This document shows, in pieces, positions 1 through 8,600 of a stretch of DNA of 64,000 nucleotides. The notes below the pieces were generated by a model. It was not told where the DNA came from. It saw only the letters and a list, made by a program, of their open reading frames with translations, and ran no database searches. The position numbers and the translations under genes were made by a program. The stretch lies in the NCBI RefSeq assembly GCF_009914755.1, contig NC_060930.1; one strand, 5' to 3'. Source of the stretch: the human T2T-CHM13v2.0 reference genome, Homo sapiens. Position 1 is the stretch's first letter. Each line of letters opens with the position of its first letter.

Positions 1-327
1 CGGGATTTCTTCATCTAAACCTACAGAGAAGTATTCTCAGTAACTTCTTCGGATGTGTGCATTCGACGCACAGAATGGAACATTCCCTTTGATAGAGCAG
101 TTTTGAGACACCGTTTTTGTAGAATTCCCAAGTGGATATTTAGAGCACTTTGAAGTCTCTGCTAGAAAAGGAAACATCATCATGTAAAAAGTAGATAGAA
201 TCGTTCTCAGAAAGTGCTTAGTGACGTGTGCGTTCAACTCACAGAGTTTAACGTTTCTTTTGATAGAGCGTTTCTGAAACACCCTTCTTGTAGTAGCTGC
301 AAGTGGATATTTGGACCTATTGGAGGC

Positions 328-344
328 CTTCTTTGGAAATGGGA
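328..344 (+). other. Degenerate (predicted non-binding) CENP-B box
   Basis: CTTCTTTGGAAAYGGGA: TTCG->TTCT in all units, and the second CpG is polymorphic C/T. Confidence 0.85.
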
Positions 345-837
345 TTTCTTCATGTAACTCTAGATTGAAGAATTCTCAGAAACTACTTTGTGATGTGTGC
401 ATTCAATTCAAAGAGTGAAACCTCTCTTTTCACAGAGCAGTTTTGAAACACTGTTTTTGTAGGATTTCCAAGGGGATATTTATAGCGCATTGAGCCTACG
501 GCGGAAAAAGAAACATCTTCCTATAAAACCTAGACAGAATACTTCTCAGAATCTGCTTTGCGATGTGTGCGTTCAACTCACAGAGTAAAACTTTTCTTTT
601 GATAGAGCAGTTTTGAAACACTCTTTTTGTAGTATTTGCATGTGTATATTTAGAGCGCATTGAAGCCCACAGTAGAAAAGGAAATAACTTCACCTAAAAC
701 CTAGACAGAAGCAATCTCAGAAACTACTTTGTGATGTGTACATTCAACTCACAGAGTGGAACTTTCCTCTTTATAGAGCAGTGTTGAAACACTCTTTTTG
801 TAGAAACTGCAAGTGGATATTTGGACCTCTTTGAGGC

Positions 838-854
838 CTTCGTTGGAAACGGGA
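838..854 (+). other. CENP-B box (intact); repeated in every HOR
   Basis: CTTCGTTGGAAACGGGA, exact 17-bp consensus. Confidence 0.95.
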
Positions 855-1177
855 TTTCTTCCTATAACCCTAGACAGAAGAATTTTCAGAAACCTCATTG
901 TGATGTGTGCGTTCATCTCACAGAGTGGAGTCTTCCGTTTGATAGAGAAGTTTTGAAACCCTGTTCTTGTAGGATTTCCAAGTGGATATTTAGACCACTT
1001 TGAAGCCTATGATAGAAAAGGAAACATCTTCATGGAAAACATAGATAGAATCATCCTCAGAAACAACTTTGTGATGTGTGCGTTGAACTCACCGTCTTTA
1101 ACCTTTCTTTTGGTAGAGAAGTTTTGAAACACTCTCTTTGTAAAGTCTACAAGTGGATATTTTGAGCCCTTGGAGGC

Positions 1178-1194
1178 ATTCTTTGGAAAAGGGA
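1178..1194 (+). other. Degenerate (predicted non-binding) CENP-B box
   Basis: ATTCTTTGGAAAAGGGA: both CpGs lost. Confidence 0.75.
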
Positions 1195-1348
1195 ATGTCT
1201 TCACATAAAAGGCAGACGGAAGTGTTCTCAGAAACTGCTTTGTGATGTCTGTGTTCAACTCACAGAGTTTAACATTTCCTTTGATAGAGCGGTTTAGTAA
1301 CCCTCTCTTTGTAGAATTTGGAAGTGTATACTGAGAGCGCTTTGAGGC

Positions 1349-1365
1349 CTATGGTAGAAAAGGAA
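1349..1365 (+). other. pJ-alpha (A-type) box, example; about 9 A-type monomers per 18-mer
   Basis: CTATGGTAGAAAAGGAA occupies the CENP-B-box-equivalent position. Variants occur near 158, 497, 668, 1007, 1689, 2029, 2365 and 2874. Confidence 0.75.
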
Positions 1366-1519
1366 ATATCTTTCCATAAAAGCTAGACAGAAGCAATCTC
1401 AGAAACTCCTTTGCGATGTCTGCATTCAACTCACCGAGTGGAACATTCCTCTTGAGAGAGCAGTTTGGAAACACTCTTTCTGTAGAATCAGCTTGTTTGT
1501 ATTTGGACCTCCTTGAGGC

Positions 1520-1536
1520 CTTCGTTGGAAACGGGT
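1520..1536 (+). other. CENP-B box (core intact, terminal T); repeated in every HOR
   Basis: CTTCGTTGGAAACGGGT retains the NTTCGNNNNANNCGGGN core. Confidence 0.9.
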
Positions 1537-1859
1537 TTTCATCTTATAAACCCAGACAGAAGAATTCTCAGAGTCTTCTTTGTGATGTGTGCTTTCAACT
1601 CACCGAGATAAAGATTTCTCTTGATAGAGCAATTTGGAAACACTCTTTTTGTAGAATTTGCAAGGGTACATTGAGAGCGCTTTCAGGCCTATGGTAGAAA
1701 AGGGAATATCTTTCCATAAAAGGTAGACAGAAGCAATCTCAGAAACTACTTTGTGATGTGTGCATTCAACTCACCGAGTGCAACGTTCCTCTTGACCGAG
1801 CAGTTTGGAAACATTGTTTCTGTAGAATCTGCAAGTGGATATTTGGACCTCTTTGAGGC

Positions 1860-1876
1860 CTTCGTTGGAAACGGGA
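1860..1876 (+). other. CENP-B box (intact); deleted in units 2 and 16
   Basis: CTTCGTTGGAAACGGGA. Confidence 0.95.
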
Positions 1877-1948
1877 TTTCTTCCTATAAACCCAGACAGA
1901 AGAATTCTCAGAGACTTCTTTGTGATGTGTGAATTCAACTCACAGTGT

Positions 1949-1954
1949 GGATCC
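1949..1954. other. Single BamHI site per HOR (diagnostic ~3-kb periodicity)
   Basis: GGATCC in CACAGTGTGGATCCTTCC, with the next copy at 4974. No other GGATCC was seen in the unit. Confidence 0.85.
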
Positions 1955-2199
1955 TTCCTTTTGATAGAGCAGTTTTGAAACCCTGTTTTTGTAGTATTTC
2001 CAAGCGGATATTCGGAACGCCTTGAAGCGTATGGTAGAAAAGGAAATATCTTCCCATAAAACCTAGACAGAACCAATCTCAGAAACGACTTTGTGATGTC
2101 TGCATTCAAGTCACAGAGTTGAACATTTCTCTTGATAGAGCAGTTTTGAAACCCTCTTTCTGAAGGATCTGCAAGTGGATATTTGGAACTCCTTTGGGT

Positions 2200-2216
2200 C
2201 TTCGTTGGAAACGGTA
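2200..2216 (+). other. CENP-B box position, mutated in unit 1 only (intact in other units, e.g. 5225-5241)
   Basis: CTTCGTTGGAAACGGTA: core CGGG changed to CGGT. Confidence 0.88.
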
Positions 2217-2535
2217 TTTTTCGTATAAATCTAGACAGAAGAATTCTCCGAAACTTCTTTGGTTGTGTGCATTCAAGTCACAGAGTGGAACCTTCCTTTG
2301 GATAGAGCAGTTTGAAACGCCGTGGTTGTAGTATTTCCAAGCGGATATTAGAGCGCCTTGAGGCCTATGGTAGAAAAGGAAATATCTTCCCATAAAACCT
2401 AGACGGAAGCAATCTCAGAAACTACTGTGTGATGGCTGCATTCCACACACACGGTGGAACATTTCTCTTGATAGAGCAGTTTTGAAACACTCTTTCTGTA
2501 GAATCTGCAAGTGGATAATTGGACCGCCTTGAGGC

Positions 2536-2552
2536 CTTCGTTGGAAACGGGA
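2536..2552 (+). other. CENP-B box (intact); absent in 15-mers
   Basis: CTTCGTTGGAAACGGGA. Confidence 0.95.
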
Positions 2553-2704
2553 TTTCTTCATGTTACTCTAGATAGAAGAATTCTCAAACACTGCTATGTG
2601 ATGTTTGCATTCAAGTCACAGAGTGCAACATTCCTCTTGGTAGAGCAGTTGGGAAACACTCCTTTTGTAGAATCTGCAATGGGATATTTGGACTTCTTTG
2701 AGGC

Positions 2705-2721
2705 CTTCGTTGGAAACGGGA
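2705..2721 (+). other. CENP-B box (intact); absent in 15-mers
   Basis: CTTCGTTGGAAACGGGA, one monomer downstream of the previous box. Confidence 0.95.
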
Positions 2722-3044
2722 TTTCTTCGTATGAATCTAGACAGAAGAATTCTCAGAAACTTCCTTGTGATGTGTGCATTCAACTCAGCGAGTGGCACCT
2801 TCCTTTGGATACAGCAGTTTTGAAACACTGTTTTTGTAGTATTTCCAAGCGGATATTTAGAGCGCCTTGAAGCCTATGCTAGAAATGGAAATATCTCCCC
2901 ATAAAACCAAGACAGAAGCAATCTCAGAAACTAATGTGTGATGGCTGCATTCCACACACACGGTGGACCATTTCTCTTGATAGAGCAGTTTTGAAACACT
3001 CTTTCTGTAGAATCTGCAAGTGGATAATTGGACCTCCTAGAGGC

Positions 3045-3061
3045 CTTCGTTGGAAACGGGA
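3045..3061 (+). other. CENP-B box (intact); repeated in every HOR
   Basis: CTTCGTTGGAAACGGGA. Confidence 0.95.
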
Positions 3062-3092
3062 TTTCTTCATCTAAACCTACAGAGAAGAATTC

Positions 3093-5612
3093 TCAGTAAC
3101 TTCTTCGGATGTGTGCATTCGACGCACAGAATGGAACATTCCCTTTGATAGAGCAGTTTTGAGACACCGTTTTTGTAGAATTCCCAAGTGGATATTTAGA
3201 GCACTTTGAAGTCTCTGCTAGAAAAGGAAACATCTTCATGTAAAAAGTAGATAGAATCGTTCTCAGAAAGTGCTTAGTGACGTGTGCGTTCAACTCACAG
3301 AGTTTAACGTTTCTTTTGATAGAGCGTTTCTGAAACACCCTTCTTGTAGTAGCTGCAAGTGGATATTTGGACCTATTGGAGGCCTTCTTTGGAAACGGGA
3401 TTTCTTCATGTAACTCTAGATTGAAGAGTTCTCAGAAACTCCTTTGTGATGTGTGCATTCAATTCAAAGAGTGAAACCTCCCTTTTCACAGAGCAGTTTT
3501 GAAACACTGTTTTTGTAGGATTTCCAAGGGGATATTTATAGCGCATTGAGCCTACGGCGGAAAAAGAAACATCTTCCTATAAAAACTAGACAGAATACTT
3601 CTCAGAATCTGCTTTGCGATGTGTGCGTTCAACTCACAGAGTAAAACTTTTCTTTTGATAGAGCAGTTTTGAAACACTCTTTTTGTAGTATTTGCATGTG
3701 TATATTTAGAGCGCATTGAAGCCCACAGTAGAAAAGGAAATAACTTCACCTAAAACCTAGACAGAAGCAATCTCAGAAACTACTTTGTGATGTGTACATT
3801 CAACTCACAGAGTGGAACTTTCCTCTTTATAGAGCAGTGTTGAAACACTCTTTTTGTAGAAACTGCAAGTGGATATTTGGACCTCTTTGAGGCCTTCGTT
3901 GGAAACGGGATTTCTTCCTATAACCCTAGACAGAAGAATTTTCAGAAACCTCATTGTGATGTGTGCGTTCATCTCACAGAGTGGAGTCTTCCGTTTGATA
4001 GAGAAGTTTTGAAACCCTGTTCTTGTAGGATTTCCAAGTGGATATTTAGACCACTTTGAAGCCTATGATAGAAAAGGAAACATCTTCATGGAAAACATAG
4101 ATAGAATCATCCTCAGAAACAACTTTGTGATGTGTGCGTTGAACTCACCGTCTTTAACCTTTCTTTTGGTAGAGAAGTTTTGAAACACTCTCTTTGTAAA
4201 GTCTACAAGTGGATATTTTGAGCCCTTGGAGGCATTCTTTGGAAAAGGGAATGTCTTCACATAAAAGGCAGACGGAAGTGTTCTCAGAAACTGCTTTGTG
4301 ATGTCTGTGTTCAACTCACAGAGTTTAACATTTCCTTTGATAGAGCGGTTTAGTAACCCTCTCTTTGTAGAATTTGGAAGTGTATACTAAGAGCGCTTTG
4401 AGGCCTATGGTAGAAAAGGAAATATCTTTCCATAAAAGCTAGACAGAAGCAATCTCAGAAACTCCTTTGCGATGTCTGCATTCAACTCACCGAGTGGAAC
4501 ATTCCTCTTGAGAGAGCAGTTTGGAAACACTCTTTCTGTAGAATCAGCTTGTTTGTATTTGGACCTCCTTGAGGCCTTCGTTGGAAACGGGTTTTCATCT
4601 TATAAACCCAGACAGAAGAATTCTCAGAGTCTTCTTTGTGATGTGTGCTTTCAACTCACCGAGATAAAGATTTCTCTTGATAGAGCAATTTGGAAACACT
4701 CTTTTTGTAGAATTTGCAAGGGTACATTGAGAGCGCTTTCAGGCCTATGGTAGAAAAGGGAATATCTTTCCATAAAAGGTAGACAGAAGCAATCTCAGAA
4801 ACTACTTTGTGATGTGTGCATTCAACTCACCGAGTGCAACGTTCCTCTTGACCGAGCAGTTTGGAAACATTGTTTCTGTAGAATCTGCAAGTGGATATTT
4901 GGACCTCTTTGAGAACCCAGACAGAAGAATTCTCAGAGACTTCTTTGTGATGTGTGAATTCAACTCACAGTGTGGATCCTTCCTTTTGATAGAGCAGTTT
5001 TGAAACCCTGTTTTTGTAGTATTTCCAAGCGGATATTTGGAACGCCTTGAAGCGTATGGTAGAAAAGGAAATATCTTCCCATAAAACCTAGACAGAACCA
5101 ATCTCAGAAACGACTTTGTGATGTCTGCATTCAAGTCACAGAGTTGAACATTTCTCTTGATAGAGCAGTTTTGAAACCCTCTTTCTGAAGGATCTGCAAG
5201 TGGATATTTGGAACTCCTTTGGGTCTTCGTTGGAAACGGGATTTCTTCGTATAAATCTAGACAGAAGAATTCTCAGAAACTTCCTTGTGATGTGTGCATT
5301 CAACTCAGCGAGTGGCACCTTCCTTTGGATACAGCAGTTTTGAAACACTGTTTTTGTAGTATTTCCAAGCGGATATTTAGAGCGCCTTGAAGCCTATGCT
5401 AGAAATGGAAATATCTCCCCATAAAACCAAGACAGAAGCAATCTCAGAAACTAATGTGTGATGGCTGCATTCCACACACACGGTGGACCATTTCTCTTGA
5501 TAGAGCAGTTTTGAAACACTCTTTCTGTAGAATCTGCAAGTGGATAATTGGACCTCCGAGAGGCCTTCGTTGGAAACGGGATTTCTTCATCTAAACCTAC
5601 AGAGAAGTATTC
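3093..5612 (+). repeat. HOR unit 2: 15-mer variant with extra 31-bp deletion (2520 bp)
   Basis: Spacing 2520 = 3057-506-31. The 31-bp deletion junction is at 4913/4914 and the 506-bp (3-monomer) junction lies within 5254-5274. Confidence 0.93.
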
Positions 5613-8600
5613 TCAGTAACTTCTTCGGATGTGTGCATTCGACGCACAGAATGGAACATTCCCTTTGATAGAGCAGTTTTGAGACACCGTTTTTGTAGAA
5701 TTCCCAAGTGGATATTTAGAGCACTTTGAAGTCTCTGCTAGAAAAGGAAACATCATCATGTAAAAAGTAGATAGAATCGTTCTCAGAAAGTGCTTAGTGT
5801 CGTGTGCGTTCAACTCACAGAGTTTAACGTTTCTTTTGATAGAGCGTTTCTGAAACACCCTTCTTGTAGTAGCTGCAAGTGGATATTTGGACCTATTGGA
5901 GGCCTTCTTTGGAAATGGGATTTCTTCATGTAACTCTAGATTGAAGAATTCTCAGAAACTCCTTTGTGATGTGTGCATTCCATTCAAAGAGTGAAACCTC
6001 TCTTTTCACAGAGCAGTTTTGAAACACTGTTTTTGTAGGATTTCCAAGGGGATATTTATAGCGCATTGAGCCTACGGCGGAAAAAGAAACATCTTCCTAT
6101 AAAACCTAGACAGAATACTTCTCAGAATCTGCTTTGCGATGTGTGCGTTCAACTCACAGAGTAAAACTTTTCTTTTGATAGAGCAGTTTTGAAACACTCT
6201 TTTTGTAGTATTTGCATGTGTATATTTAGAGCGCATTGAAGCCCACAGTAGAAAAGGAAATAACTTCACCTAAAACCTAGACAGAAGCAATCTCAGAAAC
6301 TACTTTGTGATGTGTACATTCAACTCACAGAGTGGAACTTTCCTCTTTATAGAGCAGTGTTGAAACACTCTTTTTGTAGAAACTGCAAGTGGATATTTGG
6401 ACCTCTTTGAGGCCTTCGTTGGAAACGGGATTTCTTCCTATAACCCTAGACAGAAGAATTTTCAGAAACCTCATTGTGATGTGTGCGTTCATCTCACAGA
6501 GTGGAGTCTTCCGTTTGATAGAGAAGTTTTGAAACCCTGTTCTTGTAGGATTTCCAAGTGGATATTTAGACCACTTTGAAGCCTATGATAGAAAAGGAAA
6601 CATCTTCATGGAAAACATAGATAGAATCATCCTCAGAAACAACTTTGTGATGTGTGCGTTGAACTCACCGTCTTTAACCTTTCTTTTGGTAGAGAAGTTT
6701 TGAAACACTCTCTTTGTAAAGTCTACAAGTGGATATTTTGAGCCCTTGGAGGCATTCTTTGGAAAAGGGAATGTCTTCACATAAAAGGCAGACGGAAGTG
6801 TTCTCAGAAACTGCTTTGTGATGTCTGTGTTCAACTCACAGAGTTTAACATTTCCTTTGATAGAGCGGTTTAGTAACCCTCTCTTTGTAGAATTTGGAAG
6901 TGTATACTAAGAGCGCTTTGAGGCCTATGGTAGAAAAGGAAATATCTTTCCATAAAAGCTAGACAGAAGCAATCTCAGAAACTCCTCTGTGATGTCTGCA
7001 TTCAACTCACCGAGTGGAACATTCCTCTTGAGAGAGCAGTTTGGAAACACTCTTTCTGTAGAATCAGCTTGTTTGTATTTGGACCTCCTTGAGGCCTTCG
7101 TTGGAAACGGGTTTTCATCTTATAAACCCAGACAGAAGAATTCTCAGAGTCTTCTTTGTGATGTGTGCTTTCAACTCACCGAGATAAAGATTTCTCTTGA
7201 TAGAGCAATTTGGAAACACTCTTTTTGTAGAATTTGCAAGGGTACATTGAGAGCGCTTTCAGGCCTATGGTAGAAAAGGGAATATCTTTCCATAAAAGGT
7301 AGACAGAAGCAATCTCAGAAACTACTTTGTGATGTGTGCATTCAACTCACCGAGTGCAACGTTCCTCTTGACCGAGCAGTTTGGAAACATTGTTTCTGTA
7401 GAATCTGCAAGTGGATATTTGGACCTCTTTGAGGCCTTCGTTGGAAACGGGATTTCTTCCTATAAACCCAGACAGAAGAATTCTCAGAGACTTCTTTGTG
7501 ATGTGTGAATTCAACTCACAGTGTGGATCCTTCCTTTTGATAGAGCAGTTTTGAAACCCTGTTTTTGTAGTATTTCCAAGCGGATATTCGGAACGCCTTG
7601 AAGCGTATGGTAGAAAAGGAAATATCTTCCCATAAAACCTAGACAGAACCAATCTCAGAAACGACTTTGTGATGTCTGCATTCAAGTCACAGAGTTGAAC
7701 ATTTCTCTTGATAGAGCAGTTTTGAAACCCTCTTTCTGAAGGATCTGCAAGTGGATATTTGGAACTCCTTTGGGTCTTCGTTGGAAACGGGATTTCTTCG
7801 TATAAATCTAGACAGAAGAATTCTCCGAAACTTCTTTGGTTGTGTGCATTCAAGTCACAGAGTGGAACCTTCCTTTGGATAGAGCAGTTTGAAACGCCGT
7901 GGTTGTAGTATTTCCAAGCGGATATTAGAGCGCCTTGAGGCCTATGGTAGAAAAGGAAATATCTTCCCATAAAACCTAGACGGAAGCAATCTCAGAAACT
8001 ACTGTGTGATGGCTGCATTCCACACACACGGTGGAACATTTCTCTTGATAGAGCAGTTTTGAAACACTCTTTCTGTAGAATCTGCAAGTGGATAATTGGA
8101 CCGCCTTGAGGCCTTCGTTGGAAACGGGATTTCTTCATGTTACTCTAGATAGAAGAATTCTCAAACACTGCTATGTGATGTTTGCATTCAAGTCACAGAG
8201 TGCAACATTCCTCTTGGTAGAGCAGTTGGGAAACACTCCTTTTGTAGAATCTGCAATGGGATATTTGGACTTCTTTGAGGCCTTCGTTGGAAACGGGATT
8301 TCTTCGTATGAATCTAGACAGAAGAATTCTCAGAAACTTCCTTGTGATGTGTGCATTCAACTCAGCGAGTGGCACCTTCCTTTGGATACAGCAGTTTTGA
8401 AACACTGTTTTTGTAGTATTTCCAAGCGGATATTTAGAGCGCCTTGAAGCCTATGCTAGAAATGGAAATATCTCCCCATAAAACCAAGACAGAAGCAATC
8501 TCAGAAACTAATGTGTGATGGCTGCATTCCACACACACGGTGGACCATTTCTCTTGATAGAGCAGTTTTGAAACACTCTTTCTGTAGAATCTGCAAGTGG

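Larger units (their letters stand above)
37..3092 (+). repeat. HOR unit 1: 18-mer, 3056 bp (1-bp deletion, one mutated CENP-B box)
   Basis: Landmark spacing 37->3093 = 3056. The unit reads ACGGTATTTTTCGTA at 2211-2225 versus ACGGGATTTCTTCGTA in other units. Confidence 0.92.

Noticed and set aside
2443-2452. CCACACACAC as a microsatellite
   Set aside because: Only 4-5 CA units, invariant in length across HORs. It is a fixed monomer variant.
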